Shown here: positions 1-15,600 of the stretch, in pieces
Layout: each line of letters opens with the position of its first letter
Numbering within the stretch: position 1 is the stretch's first letter
Translations under genes and position numbers: made by a program
Origin: Stylophora pistillata
Lineage: Eukaryota
DNA length: 64,000 nt
Reading direction: 5' to 3'
Assembly: GCF_002571385.2 (NCBI RefSeq)
Contig: NW_019218252.1
Span: forward strand, 66,181-130,180
The notes under the pieces: model-generated
Seen by the model: the letters and a program-made list of their open reading frames with translations, nothing else
Told to the model about the DNA's origin: nothing
The model's database searches: none

Positions 1-3000
1 TCAATATTGATATGTTTTTCTTTTTTTCTCAGGGAATATAAGAAGTAACTTAGTGGCGTATATTAGCATGTGTTTACGCGCCTTCTTCACCCAGTCCTCT
101 CCCCTTGATTTGAGAAAGTTTGTGCAATACCATTCACCACTGAACTCTGAAATTACGTGTAGCTCTTGTGATGGTACATTTATCAAGAGACCCCTTTTTC
201 AGCTGTGCTTGTTTGTTTATTTTCCTTCCATTGCATGTTTTTGATATTCAATATTTTTGTAAGATGTTAAATTTGCATGAAAAGTAAACCCGCGTGTCAT
301 AATGATGTGAAGTGAGTCAGGTGCAATATATTTAATGTCTCTTTACCCTTTTAATTATAAAAAAAAATAACAAACTCCAACTTCCTTGCTGTTCCCCACA
401 GCACCTTACCTGTTTACCCTTCTCCCCCTCGCTTCTAGACAAAATAACCGCAGTAACAAAAGAACCAGCAGACAGGTTGAAGAAATTAATTCGTCCCTCT
501 GTGAAAGTTTCCTATTTCGCCTTCTAGTTTTCCATTAAGAGGAGGCGAAATTAAAACCATCTCGTATCAGCTTTTGAGCAATGCGCGTCGAATTAAAGCC
601 TCTTATTAAGTGACAATATTTTGAAACCCGCCCTCTTCCGAAAAGCGTTTGTCAGACAGTAAACAAAGTTCTGAAACAAGCGACTTCTTTTCACAAGTTG
701 TGGAATTGAAATTTGCATCTGAGGTTCCTCGAGGACAAGGTCTCGTGACGGTAAGACAAAAACTGTCCGAAAGATCCAGTCCGTATCAGGGTAGAATCCA
801 TTTTTCCTTTTTTTTAGCATTTTTATGTGATCGGTTTTAAAAATGCGATTTGCCTCCGGCTGATTGCGAGAAGTATCCGGTAAGGGGTAATTTTCGTCGA
901 CCTCCTGGAGAAACTCATCAATTTATTCAACTTTGCATTTTATGCCAACTAATATCAGAAACGGTTTTAATGTGCACCGATTGTTATATCAAAAGTTTGA
1001 ATTCTACGTACCGGCACATCGATATCTAGTTCATTACAAGGATTGATGTTATTGCAATAAAATTTCGCGTTACAACGCGATGCTCGCGCGTGACTGACAC
1101 GCAATGAAATCTTATGGCGTTCCGAGTGCCGCTCTGTCGATTCCAATTTTTTATTGCTTTCTTGACAGCGTAGTTTCTCTGAGAGAATCTAGAAATTAAA
1201 AAAAAAATCGAAGGTTTGATCATAACTCACAAAGAAGAGTTGAGTAGAGAAAATGTCTTAATATTACACTCGATCTGGGAGGTATTCAGCAAACTCAAAC
1301 ATGCAGCTTTTATTCCTCAGAAATTTTCCGGAAAATATCCGTCATCTTCAATTGACGGTGAACAACATCGGACCTCCCTGGGACTAGTAAAAGAACGGGT
1401 GTTTTGTTTTAGCCCATCCAATAAACGAAATGTTAAACTGAATTTTAATGTTCTAAACTGTAAACAAGGTTTGTTAAGTACGAGCTGTTGGTAGTTGTTC
1501 GTCAATTGTTCGGGAACGTTGTGAGGGCCATGAATTCTGAATTAACTGACAACTGTCATTTTACGCCAGAAAACAATGGGAAATAGTGGTTCTCTGAGCA
1601 GCTATATGTTTTTAGTAAATCGCTGGGGTCCCTCACAGAAAGACCTTTTCTTTGTTTTTAAGTTACTCAAACAAAAGTTAGATGGCTCCCAGGTACAAAA
1701 TAACAACAACGCTCCTTCACAAACTTAGTGATTCTTTATGCTGATAATTTTGTTCTTTGGGTTCGAAATTCTCCTTAAAAAGGGGAGAAAAAGGAAAAGG
1801 TATTTCAGTTCTTTTATATGAACATTTTCCAGTCAGATGAAAGACAGAAACTAAAGGGCTTTTTTTTTTCGTTTATAGTTTCATTTCCTTTTTCGTAATC
1901 GTTCAGTCGGTGACTGCCGGCTTTCTTGACCTCAGTGTATGCAGTGTGGGTGTTTTCGTTCAAGAAAAAAATGATAGAGGTATTTTGTTGAGAACACCTA
2001 TTACTTTTTTTCTGGAAAAATGTTCCAAAAACGCAGTAAAAACAAAGAATTTTATCTTTTTCATGCCATCTTACCCCAGCGTGATAACAGCTTTTGGATT
2101 TTGGCACGCGATGTTTTTTTTTGCGAGGTGGTCTCTTCATAAAGGTGGTCGCCATGGGAGGCAAGGCTGTTGGAAAAAATTAGCATGGGCTAACTTCCTC
2201 GAAATTCTCTGAGGTAAATTATATAAGAAAATGTATTCTTTTTCTTTTTTTTTTCCGATTTCTACTTTGAGCTCATGCACATCTGACTTCGCAGTTTTCT
2301 ACCCGACTGCTGATTCATTAAAATTCAAAAATGCGTTTGTGATATCGTGTGATATCGCGTGATATCCGTAGGACGTCCGCTCAGCTGTCAGACCTGTTAA
2401 AACATTAAAATGGAGAAACGTGAACTGCATCAATTTGTGTGATAAGCGAGATGTGCTATTAAGATAAATGAGTCATTTTAGATCTTAAAAGCTGAAGAAA
2501 TTCACCGACATTTCACCTGTTTGGCTATAACGTCTTTTCATCCATCGTAGAAATATGATATGAGCAATTTCGGAAAATTAAAAAAAATGCAATCTATTTA
2601 CAGATGAAACTAAAACTACGAGTAATATGACCAGTTTGATGTTTGAGCTTCTGAATTTCACTTGCCTGGATTGAAAGTATTCTCCATGCGTGCTCATTAT
2701 CTTTAGCCGGTTGCCTCAGAAGAATAGCAATCTTTTCAAATAATTTCACTGACTGAGTTCATTCACTGCCATTACACAAAAGTTCAAGGAACTTTAAAAT
2801 TGTTCTGTGGGTCTCGTTGGTCGCTGCACCGGAAACCTTATCTAGAAGGAAACTATTATAATCAAGAAGTTCTGAATTATATACGTCGGTGTAATAATTT
2901 GACTTGGACTGGATATTGCATATGATCATCCGCCTAAAAACACCCTTGTCCTGTTTGAAAAGCAAAAGGCAAATAGGTTTAAATTAAGTTCTTTGGAAAA

Positions 3001-6000
3001 CTTCACGGAAGGACTAAGGTTTGTTTTGTACTGTTTTGTGTCCGTTTGTTTCGTTTGCATTATTAAGAGAGAAGTTCGTTATTCAATCGAAAGAAAGTCA
3101 CGTTTATAATTAAAGACTTTGGAATATTAATTTCCCAGAGCAATTAGTCACTGTTGTAATTGATTCTCTAAATGAGTTCTTCGCTAAGTTGTTTTTTCGA
3201 GACAAGAAACGTTATTAAAATATAAAAACCTTCTTTAGACTAGACAGGTGAGAGAGAATGGTTGTAATTTGGAGAAAAGATTTGGATGAGACATAACAGT
3301 GAAGCAAAAGAAAAATGGCGAAAGAGATGATTCTAGGTAAACAGGAATGGATAGTCCAAAAAGGTTTCAGCCAACTAACAACCGAGGCGATTATTATAAA
3401 GAAAAAGACTGGGTAACTCGTTAGATGTCAAGGCTGTTGTGAACAAGTCGTTAAAAAGTTAGTGCCTTAAATCGTGGGAACCTTTATCATAATTTTAAAA
3501 CATGATAAAAAATAGCTTTTCTCTTAGTGGGTAGATGAAAACCTGTTGAGCAGGTTCATTGCTAAACCATGTTGACTTTACAACGCAAGCATCTACATTT
3601 ACAAAGCTAACGCCGAGTTACCAACGAATTGTTCTTTTCCCCTTTTCTTTTCTAAAAGAGCTCAATAACAGCTACAAAAGTGCTTTAGTCATCGATATTT
3701 AGGCCGATATTCATGCAAGTTATTCATCGATATTTATGCCGAATAAATGCCAGTTTTAATATTTGAACCAGACACGATTTGTATTGCAGAACAGCTTTCA
3801 CTGAGATGCCAGTCCTGTGACTTTATCATATGCTCTCTTCCAACGAACAAGGACCCTCGTCAATCACTCCCAAAATATTTTTCTGTTTAGTTTTGGTTAC
3901 GCCTCTGTGATATTTTTTTTGTGCGAGAGAATGCTCATCGTGCTTGATGTCTGAGTCTTATTTATCTCAAGTCCTTGGAAATTAAGTTCCTGAATTTCCT
4001 ATCGTACTCAAAACAATATAAAGGTTATTCAGATTCACACGAAAATGAACATTTGAGTCAAATTGACCTTAAAATTTTTATAATTAAGGGTAAAGCGAAT
4101 TTAATGATAAAACTTCCGACAAAGTTCGGTTTTCTGTTGTTATTGATATTGAATTCGGTTTTGAGCCCAAAGTCGTGGTCCACATTTGTGTGACCGAACT
4201 TTTGGTCCAATCTTGCGTTTTAAGATGACTCTTAACGAAACTTATACCTTTTCAGTCAATATTTCAGGTCACTGGAGGCGTTTATTCATGAGAGAGAGCT
4301 TAAAGTGGCAATCCACACAATCTGAAATTATCTCTTTTGTGGTGCAGGCCTCAACAGAAGACTTGCCACACGTGGCTGAGAAAAACAAACCCGTTATAAT
4401 AGCGAACATTTGTTCTTTGAGAGCAGAAGTCTTTCTGTAGTGATGTATTCTAGTGGCATGTGTTTACATTAATTCTTAAACAGCCACCTTCCGTTGAAGT
4501 ATGCTTTAACAACCTTATTTTATATTCAAAATAATTATTTCCTTTATTTTGGATTTTTTAGTCACAATTAGTAGCTGGCCAAATTCATCATTTCAAGTTA
4601 TCTTTAGTTCATATAAATAAAAGGAACCAGTTTACATCAAACTCCACTTTGTGACATTAAAAATAATGTTTGTGTTAAAAGAATCGGTGTAAAAGCGAAA
4701 CGAGGTGGCTAGGTTTGGTGTAAAAACCTTGAAATATTTCAAAGTGTGTCTATATACAAACCACTAATTCAAAACTAATTGCTCGTAAAATCAATCTAAC
4801 AGAATGCAAATGGACTACGACACTAAATCTACCGTGTCCTGAATAAATTTCGGACCGCCCTATTCATTATTTAATAAAGTTTCGATTGTTTTGCTTGAAA
4901 AAAGTGACCACAACAATTCTGCTTTGCGACAATCTTGGTAAACCCTCTTGAATTTGATGTGTCGCACACTTAAAGGGTTCTCAAAGCAACCAATTTTCGG
5001 TTGAATAATTTTTTTTTTAACTCAAGCCTCGCTGCTTTTTAAAGTTGAGGGCGCCAGATTAGTTGTAATGAAGAACTAATTAATGGTTATACAAGGACCC
5101 CTGCTGACCTCGCGGGGCTAATTTAACTGATTGTAAATGTGGCGAGAACTATCAATATTAGTTCGATTTTTCCAGACGATAAACGCTATCAATTAGAACA
5201 GTTGAAACCTCGTTGAAGAGTAAGATAGCAAAAGGTCTTTTACCGGTGGTTAGAGCGAGAAGAACTTGATCTCAACTGATTGAAATGAAAGATTTCTTCT
5301 TTTACGTCGGAGACATCTTTTCGTCGAACAAATCTTGCCTAGCGCGAACACTTTTTGTCTCCTTGAAAACTTGATAGGTCTTCGTCGACAGCTTCTTGAG
5401 ATTCCAACGACAGGGTCAACGAATGAAAATCTTGATCAAATCCAAACGATATTTTCAAATTATCTTTGTGCACTTGGCACAGAAAGAACTTCATTGGAAT
5501 TCAGTTCACGTAGCTTCACAGCAGCACTTCATGGGTTCCACAAATAGTCCTTGTTTCTTAGGCCGCGATGACTTGTCTTAATCCGACGATTCAAAAAGAA
5601 ACTGTCGGTTTCTCAACAGCTTGTAAACAAGTGTACATCGTGCCGTGAATTCTGAGTTGGTCAAGAAAACTAATTTGTCCGTAATCAGCTAAGACCCAGT
5701 TGGAAATTGAAATGTGTTCATTTTTTGGACAAAAATGACCCACTGCGTCCTAGCCACCTTATCTACATAACCTCAGTCTCCCACAGATTTTAATTTTCTT
5801 TTCTGGATTCCAAACAAACATCGCTGCTTGTCGTATGTTATTACAAACTTTCTTCCATGCCAGGGCTTAAATTGCGCCGGATAATTCCATTCTGTGACAA
5901 CAGCGGGGCACGACCTTCAATTGAAGGATTGAAACTGAACTCCTTTGAACAATAGTTGAATGCTGTTTAACTTCGAGCTCACAGACGAAATTTACTTTAA

Positions 6001-7861
6001 AGCATCACAAGAAATTATATAGTATACATTTGCAGATTCACTTTTTGATAAACTGGTTAATTTTAATTTAAATAGCTCAAACGTCAGGGGACGTCTTACA
6101 ATTTCACCGAACAGCCTTTTTTGAGTTAAAAAGTGATGCAAGAATTTTTTAGCCACAGTTAGTTGAAGTTCAGTCGGAGTAGTTCAAATTTAATAGGCAA
6201 TTTGTTGAGCAGTTGGAACTCGTTGCAAACTTCTTTATTAACACTGGTAAAACAACAGGAAATTGACTCAAAGAAAGGCACAGTGAGAATTTCACATGAC
6301 TATACTGTTGATTATGGAAAGACTGAAAATTATTTCTCTTTTCCAAGAAGGCTCTTGCTGCGTCCCTAGAGATTCTTAACCATTGTGATTCAATTTCACA
6401 CGCTGCGCGCTTGCTAGTGAAATATGCGTTCTTGAAGCGTTCTTAAGAGCTCAAATGATACCACCGGAAAAAGATTTTTGTGTCTTCGCGACGTGAAAGA
6501 ACACCAATATTCATTAGATGTGGGCGTCACAGCATATCAATGGATAAGGATTTGGCAGGTTCGCAGCACGTTGTTCGCATTTCAAGACCGCTTCTTCACT
6601 CCTCGAATAACTAATTTATGTCATGCTCTCATGACGAAAAAAAAAACGCGTTTGCAGTGCGTGTTAAAGACGTCCGAAAACGAAGAAAAGAACATTTTAC
6701 GCCCTTATTGTAGCATTATAATTCTGTTATTTTGGTTTTTGATAAGCTTTTATGTTATCTTTGTCTTAAGTCCTCCCAAATATGACATTTGTAATTTTTC
6801 GAAGTGTCGAACTACAAAAGTATAATTAAGCTAAATCAACAAAAGTGTGTAATTAATAGCTTGCGTGGTTTGGCCTATCTATGGAAGGATTTGGGAAGCT
6901 TAAAAGCTGTCACATGCTGTCACTTGGAAAAGGACTTCTGCTTGGTTTCGCCGCGAAGATTTTATATGCAGCCGTATGTGGCAGTAAGCCCTAACAAACT
7001 TTTGTTGTTTGAGGTTAGAAGCATGACTCGGAATCCCCCAGTGGTAGTGTCAACACTCCATCCCCTTTTGTAATTTTTAAGACGTCTCCGCCAGTAAGCG
7101 AGCGAGGGAACAAAAGGAGAAATGATGAATGACAACCCGCTCAATTATGTACGAGTTCCGCGCTGGATACTGGCTGCCGATTGGTTTGTTATGCAAGGGT
7201 ACTTTGAATAGCCGCGGGCGATAATTCTACCCAGCGCCGACCAATGACAACAAAGAAAAGAACCCATAGTTAATTACAATGACAGCTGCTTCGGTGGTTC
7301 TACTGTGACGGGAAACCACACTAGGGGGCTACTCAGAAAATGACAGCCCCCTATAAGAACTCGGCTTTTTTTCCCAAGCCCTTTATTTGAACGTGGCTTG
7401 GCTAAAGTAAGTGTTTGCTGTAAGATATTCGCGGCGATATCGCGTTCGTAACTCGTGAAAAGTTTTCAATCGCCTGTTAAGGGTCACTTGGGGCGGCGAC
7501 GGCCTTGTTAATCAGTATCTTTGTATTGGAGCTGTCAACTCTCTGATTGATAAGTGAATTGAGTCATTTGGTTTTCATTCCCATCAAGCAAATTGGCCTG
7601 GACCGGATCGGGGCGATCGACTCCCGAGGAAAGGACAAAATTGTGACAGTGTTACATGGTCTACATGCAGTTATGTGCGACAGTTCAGACGGCGGCCTAA
7701 AAGGGACATGAGTTTTCGATTTAAAGGACGAAAAACTGACTTGTGCCGCGTGTTGCTCAAGACTTGTTTATTTCCGCTTCTACGTGAGTAGACTCTTCAA
7801 TCGAACGCTCGATCGCGCGTTCGTTACTATTCGATACGATTCACCGAGTAATCCTTATGTT

Positions 7862-9637
7862 ATGATGGCTTTAAATGTAAATATACTCACATTACTCGTT
7901 CTCTCATTTGTGCTCGTAGTGCTGGTTGTCACAGCAGAGACACAAAAGTGTACGCAAGTAATCAACGATCTCTGCACACTGCCATACATAAGGACTGTAG
8001 ATGCGGTCGATTCTGAAAACAACCAAGAAATCTGCACCGCTTTGGCTGTTTATTTACGCTGCGTAGAGGATGTTAAAAAGATAGTGAAAAGTTGCAGATC
8101 AGACCTTCATTTTCTTACAATATCGACTTTGATACCAATGAAGATGAAAGCCCGAAATTGTGGAAATATTTCTGTAGCTACAAATGAAACAGCTCTGCGC
8201 AGTACAAAGTCTCCAGCTACGCTAGCGACGAAACGACCTGGTTGTTTGAACTTTACATCTGAGGACTTCAAACCTTCTAAAGAACAAATTAAGCAAAACC
8301 CACACCATTTTCGACTGTGTGCGTTATTTGGGGACCCACATTTAAAAACATTTACGGAGAAACGTCAAACTTGCGTCGTTCAGGGAGCATGGCCGCTTAT
8401 TGACAACAAGTATTTCTCTGTGCAAGTTACCAACGTACCTCTGGTGGCGGGTTCCAGCGCTACAGCCACGAACACCGTAAGTACTGATAAATTATTTTGA
8501 ATTTGTGCACTTCTTTACACGGAACGTGTCCAAACAACACAGGCTTTTGAATTATGCATACACGTCCAACAGCTTACGGCTTCCTTACAATTCAAATATG
8601 GACTCCAACTGCTTGACAGAAACACGGCATGTCTTCAGCGCTGTGCGGCTTGTCAATTTCACAAGGTGTGTGTTTCCAGATGGGTTTGCCAAACGGCTGC
8701 GGTGTCAGTTTAGTGCACAGCCATTTCATTCATTAACCGTTTACTTTTCTAATCATATGTAGCACTGACCGATCTCGTTCGCTTTTGTGATGAAACTAAT
8801 CACATATCATCATGCAATTTGTTCCTGAAATAAAGCAATCCATCATCACAGCTCGCACAAGAGGCTGCCAAAATTGATGGATCGCGATTTGGTCACTGTG
8901 TATTTTGATCGCTATACTCGTACTTTCTCCTTTAGATCACGGTGCTGATAAAAGCGAGTGGAAAGGGCTGCGTAGATCAGAAAATATATCGGGCCGAAGC
9001 GGGTTCGCTTCCCGCTGAGTTCCACGATGGAACACAACAGACTGGACCTGCGGATTGCCCCGCTGTAATCTATCCGAGGAAAAAGGGACGTCGAGTTCAC
9101 ATCGAGATTAAAATCTGTTACATCAGCACCACCATCATTATCCGACAGGTCGGAGATTTTCTGACATTTCACGTTAAAATCCCCGAGCAGCTTCTGTCTA
9201 CGAAGACTCCGTCTACGGGACTCTGTGTAATGGGATGCCCTGATCGCCAAAGAATTGACTACCGAGAGCTATTATCATATACGGACGATCAACTCGCAAA
9301 GATGCGTCCGCGGAGAAGCAAAATGTCGCGCGCAAAGGCCCATGCTAAGTGCACTGAAACGAAAATCACTGGCTTCTATCTAGATTCATGTTTATTTGAT
9401 CTTTTAACAACGGGAAACGTGAATTTTACAGCCGCTGCGTGGCACGCTTTAGACGATTCATTCTTGTTGGATGAAATTGGAACATTGAGGGACCTACAGT
9501 CGTATAATACGACGGAACCACGGACAGACAAGCCAACACAGCCAACTAGAATACCAGTTTCAAGTACAGAAACACAGTCTCATTCATTCTCTCTTCTCAC
9601 GGTTCTAGTGATCTCCTTGTTCATTTTGGCGAGATGA
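7862..9637 (+). CDS. RGM: Repulsive guidance molecule (RGM/hemojuvelin family, GPI-anchored BMP co-receptor/neogenin ligand); 2 coding exons 7862-8476, 8936-9637; about 438 aa
   Basis: Signal peptide (MMALNVNILTLLVLSFVLVVLVVTA), Cys-rich RGM_N region, RGM signature CALFGDPHLKTF...QTCVVQGAWPLIDNKYFSVQVTN, C-terminal vWF-D-like part (LCVMGCP, YLDSCLFDLLTTG), Ser/Thr/Pro stalk and hydrophobic GPI-signal-like tail. Phase-0 intron 8477-8935 (GTAAGT...TTTAG). Start could be ATG 7862 or 7865. Confidence 0.93.
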
Positions 9638-12600
9638 CAGAAAGCCGAAATGCGCGTAATTTCAGTTTCAAAGTACAGTAATTTATGATCTCTATCTTCG
9701 ATTTTTATCTGTGGCCTGTCAAGAAATTCCAGTTGAAGTGAGATTATTTTCAATCTTTCAAAATCTCCTTGTAGTTTTGAAGAGCGCGACGCATTTTTTG
9801 AGACGTGCGGACCGTAAATGGATCGGTGGTAGATATCTCGCGAAAACGAAAGATTGTTTATGAAATTATCAGATATGTACATACCGTTTGTAGGGAAAAA
9901 ATTCGTCACTCGAGTATTAGAGACATACATTTTTATATCTTTATGCCAATATTTTTCGTCGAGCACCGGATCAGAGGGCAAGTACATAGAAATTTATTTG
10001 TTTTATACATTCTCAATTAATTTATGAAATCCACAGTACAAGCATTTTGACAATGCACATAAGACACACACACACGCCGAAATGTTCGAATAAATCTGAT
10101 CATCAAATGAGATCCGTGTAGTTGTGTTGCAAAGAGTTCCTGTGTGATGTTTTGCATTTTCCGCGACTAACCTATATCGTTCTCGTATTCTATTTCCCCT
10201 CAATATATTTGTTCATGTTTGGTCTTTCACCAAGCCCCTCCTTGTTTACTGCGCCATATTCTTCAGAATTATCGCGTTTTTTCGCCCATTGACGGTTTTT
10301 CCACAAAAAAGTGACCTTATCATGGCGAAATCTTACCCGATGACTCAAAACGGAAAACGCGGCTTGCCGATGTTTTCTACAGCTAAATGTTTAAGATCGA
10401 GTGTTATTAATTTCCTCATCTAATAACGGTTGTAATACATGGAAATATTATGAATAGACCTCGATCGAAGAATATGTATATCTATAGAATAGTTTTTAAT
10501 TGAATCGTATTTCGTTACAGTTCTAAAAATTCAAATTTCAAGAAATAACAGCACAAATTTTTCAGTCGCCACAATCGAGTGTGCCTTCCGCCGCGGGTTT
10601 GTTTTTCTGTCATTGCCGCGTCAACTCGCTGGGGGGCAGTTGCAAAATTCCCAAGAAATTATCAGAGGTGATTTTGTCAGGCTACTAAAAGGAAATTATC
10701 TAGATAAAGGACAGCTAAGAAAAGATAATTACATGGCTTATGATAATTTCTTAACAGGGAAAAAAAGGAACTAACAACGTTTTTAAAGAATGGCCTCTGT
10801 AAGAACGTTATAATCCAGCAACAAATATTTACCCCATTTTGAAGTCTTGGTTTTAATTATCGAGTCCTGTTTTATCGCATAGAAAGGATTCGCGTTGAGT
10901 CATTGTCACACTAAACCTGTTCACGAAATTTAAGTGTTAACATCGCATGGTTTTTATACTTCTTTTTTGCCGAAAATTACTTATAAACGAGAAACGAGAA
11001 TTAGCCTGATCGATGAAGTAGGTCGCTGTAAATTAAACCAGCGATCACTTGGGTCGACAAATTGCGGTGTTTACGTTTTGTGAGATAAAAGCAATTAGAT
11101 GAGTGTTACAGCCTTCTTCGGTATCCATTCTTATGCTTATTAAAGCGAGCTTTGTGAAGCTTACACAATTTTCGAAATCTTGTTTTATTTCCATAACCTT
11201 CACCTTTCTCGCAGAGTTGATCCAAGCGACAAAGCTTTGAGGATATTTTTCTGACATTTCATGTTTTCTTGCTCTACTTTTAGAAATGAACATATGGCAA
11301 AAAGATGGCCCGCGCTTATGGTGGTTTATCATGTCTATAGGCGGTGTTTTATGTCCATACAAAGCGTAAACATTGTTCTTAAAGAAGCATTGACTTCACT
11401 TGTCATTCATCGAAGTCTCAGTCTTGCCTAATTATGTCAAATTTCTTTGTTTCGCATGTTGTATCCTGAACTTACTTGTCGCGTAGTACAACGCCACCGT
11501 TCAATAAAAGGGACCACAATTTTCACCATCAAATATCCAAATTCTTTTATGCTTTAATGTCGTTAACCACTTACTTCGTACGCAAAATGATTTTAACGTA
11601 TGTTCGTAAATTAAAGTACTCCAATTTAACTGCAATCCATCTTAATTTTTGGGGTGGAGTCTTGAAAGCTCAAAATCGACCCCACCGGAAGATTGATTAA
11701 TTATAGCGCGCTACTGATTTGTACTGTACAAAATAGCTCCAAATTGGATCTTGTCTCCAAATAAACTGAACTAGACTGTTATCCAGAAGGGTGGCTTTAT
11801 CTGCCACATTTTATTAGCCATCCCCTGTCCTGCCATGGTCGCCAGTGACATTCAATGACCTCGCGAAATCTCTTCAAAGACACACAATTAAAAAGTTTAT
11901 TGGAAAATTAGTATGAGAGTAAACACTTCGCTTAACATATGAAAGGCTCGTGACTACGTAAACAGAATCCATCCCGCGGCTCTTAAAAGGAGCAAAACTT
12001 AAGGAAATATTCAATTTTAAGTTATGAACTGCAAACTAACACGAACGTCTGAAAAGGCGTGCGGCAAGATACACTAATATTTCTTTACTTTGACCCCCTA
12101 GAGCCGTGCTATAGTGTCTATTGAACTGTTTTGTGTCGATAAACAAAAGAAAGCTCACTAAGTGCTTTCTGTTCGCGCTACGATTTGCAATTCATTTTTC
12201 ATACGATTTTATCTTTAATTTCGAACAAAATAGAGCCTCGATGAGCTTAATCTGGAGCACAAAAAATCTGTTCAGAGAAATTGTACAACGGGCAAACACG
12301 CAGAGGAAAGGCGCTTTCACGAAAGAAAAATTTGTTTTCCAACTGGTGCATTTGTAACAGCCATGCTGGAAGAACGTCTGAATTTTGGCAGCTGCAAAAA
12401 CAGTGTTGCTACGATAGTATATGAAAATAGACAGCGTAGTTTATTACCCCTTGCTCAACAGATGGGTGGAATTTTCCTCCATTTTCAATTGGCTGGGAAG
12501 ATTACGATAAAAGACAACAACTTTTGGATGTAAACAAAATTTTTCTTTTCGTTGTAAGGTAAACCTTGATGGTAGCTCTATTCATGAGAAATAACGAGAA

Positions 12601-15600
12601 CAATAGAGGTTAAACCCGCCTTATTCGACCACACGTGTTTTCAAAATGTTCAGGATTTTTCCGCTCAATTTCACTCAGTGGTAGTATAGTTAGGCCCACA
12701 AAATTCCGTCTGGTTTCCAAGACAATCTTTTCCACCCATGATGGGAAAAATTCCACTTCAAAAGTTTCATGTAAATGATAACTGATAACGTACAGCTTTC
12801 AATGAAATATAGAGTTTGAAATCCAGTTCCGAATGAGTGCATCCTTGAGGAATAAAGTTAGATTGGCAGTGTTGTCTTGGTAACTGAAGCCTGTTGCATT
12901 CGGTAATAGTCTTCGACTGAGGAGTGACCGTTCAGACCATTTGAGTTGAACGAGTGCTTACCTATGTAGGGTGGTCAGTTTGCGGCTTGCTGAATTAACC
13001 ACGACAGAAAAAAAACTAAAAACAGGAGTCGTTGAGAAAAAAAAAAATCACAAAATAATTGCGGTATTACCCATTTTTCTGTGTCCGCTGAGCGAACGCG
13101 TAAATAAGGTGATTTTTTAAGACCTCAATAGCACTTTCGTCCTAAAGACGAGCCCAGTCCTCAGATGAAATAGAGCTGTCAGCTTACGTATGGCCATCGG
13201 ATGTCAAGGTATGGATATACTCCTCGATCGAAAATATTTTCATGGATCAAAACTCGAGGATTCTATTAAAGACACACTACTGAAGGTGTGTGGTGAATTT
13301 AAAATCTCTAAAATTTTGTGGTTACAGCTTAGATGATTGAAATCATCCACTGGAAACTGAATGACTCTTCTATAATCAAGTTCAATCACGTATAGAGATA
13401 TTGTATTTATTTTCGCACTAAACAGAGTGCTTCCGTATCAAAACAGAACTGAAAAGTAAGTGATGAAAAAACTTTTAACACGATCGTTTGTGCGAATTTA
13501 TACCGGAAAAGAGAGGTCCAACCTAAAGGAAATACTTTGTTCTTTGATCAGTTGCCAAAAATGAAAAAAAAGAAAAAATTAACCCCGCAGAGAAAGAATC
13601 GTAATAAAGAAAAAAAACACAAGATCGCTACGATCCGAATTATCCTAATACCAATATTAATTCTGTCAGGAATGATATCCATTTCACGTAAGAAACCCAA
13701 CGATCAAAGTTAAATTTCCCCATTAGCACATATCATGGGATATTTTAAAGTTGCACGCGGCAGACTTTATGTTAGAATTTCCTTGTATGTTTGTAAAATA
13801 GTTAATCAAGATGAAAATTTGGTCTCTAAAGTCAAACACGTACAACTGAAAAATTCCTGGTTTAGATTTTTTTCCTCGAGAAAAGAAGCTCTTGACTTTG
13901 CTGACCTGCGTAAACAAATGACAAACGCCCTTTGGCATAAGCGTCAAAAAAAATTTAAAACCCCTCTGAAACTTAATGCGGGGCAAATATTCGTTACCGA
14001 CCCGTTTCGTTTTCTGCCCACACGTTTTTACCGATTTTCAATTCCTCGAGTAACATCGGAAGCAAAGAGAAATTGCATTGTGTTCAATCCTGCCTTGCAT
14101 GTATCTCAATGATTGCAGTTCTTGGAGCACTTTAACTTCAAGCTTATTTAAGAATAAAGTCAGTGAAAAGGGAAAATACTGTTTGTAGCTATCCTGATAT
14201 CAAGCCGGCAATTGCAAATGGTATTTCTTTAGTCCGAATGTGGACGATAGCCGCTGCCCAGAGGCTGTGACTATTTGTTAAAATGTTGGAAAGTGTTATT
14301 TCCCGAAGTGACACCTTAGCAATTGGTATTCTTTATGCAGCTTTCGCTGAGACCACTGCAGTATTAAACCTCGTTCTTAGAGAAGAGACGGGTTGTAAAC
14401 CAGCTTTGTAAGTTTACAAAGCTGGTTTCTCTCTCAAGTGAATTTTTTAACTGACATCGACGTGTATGGGCTCTTCGACGGAACGCAGGCCTCCTTGAAA
14501 GAACACCACAAAAGTACTTCAAGATTTTGCCAGAAGTATAATTATAAACAAACCCGCGTCAATAATTTGTCAGCCTGAAAAGACTGCAGATCTACAATGA
14601 CCAGGAGTGCATTGATTGGCAGAAGTGTGAAAAACAAACAGCCGAATTAAGAATAATTTTTCTGTCTGGAAGTCTGTTCAACGCGTATTAAGTAGATTGT
14701 TTGGGGCATGAACCCCGCCCAGAAGGTTAATCCTCAAAAATGTTGAAGTCAAATGGCTTCCAAGTTTTAAGCGGTTTAAAAATTAGATTTCAAAATTCTG
14801 TTGACAGCGAGCAAAAGTTTGGATTTAAAAGTGTTAAATTCTTGTTAAGTTGTTTATAAGCCCCTTTGGCACGTTTTCTCGGGATTAAAAGAAACCTCTT
14901 TTAACGTTTCCGGATTAAACGTAAAACTGAAATCAAAGAGCGTTAAGCTGTTTATGCATCATCCAATTCTCACTCTGGCCACAGTTTTGCAACTATTTGA
15001 ATTCTTTACAGGAGAGCTTGGGGTTAAAGTGGACATTTAAGAAAGTTTCGCTGGGATTCTCATTTTCTTTCCTTTACGTAGCCAAAATCAGCAAATGCTT
15101 GAGCGTATCACTAACGTATGTACGGGTGCACTTTGAAAATTTTTAAGCCTTCGAAGGACTGGGAGGGAGCTGGGAGCAAAATGACCCAACGTAATTGGCG
15201 CTTATTGACAATCGGATCTGTAGACATCGCGTGATGTCTTGAGCCCGAATTGCATGCGTTCACTTTCTGTCTTAAACGATCAAAAATAAAATGTGCTGCT
15301 AAAGATTTTGCCCACTATTTAATTGAAATCACAAAAAAATATGTAACAAAATAAAAAACCAAACAAAAACAAAAACGTTCTTTTTTCGGTTCGAAGACTT
15401 TCCCTAGTACTTAATACAATGAATCTTACCAAAAGTTTCCTTTTTCTCCATAATGCGAGCTTCAGAGACAAGAGGATTATAAAATCACGAGTTGAAAGGT
15501 ATTTGTTTCCTTTTTCTACAACAGTTTGTATTTTGTGGCTTCTAAAACGCCACTGGAAGCGTTTCTACACGAAGGAACTTGAAAATTTACTGGGCGGACA

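Noticed and set aside
1-7780. Short ORFs upstream of RGM
   Set aside because: No motif similarity or consistent splice structure; probably regulatory or intergenic DNA.
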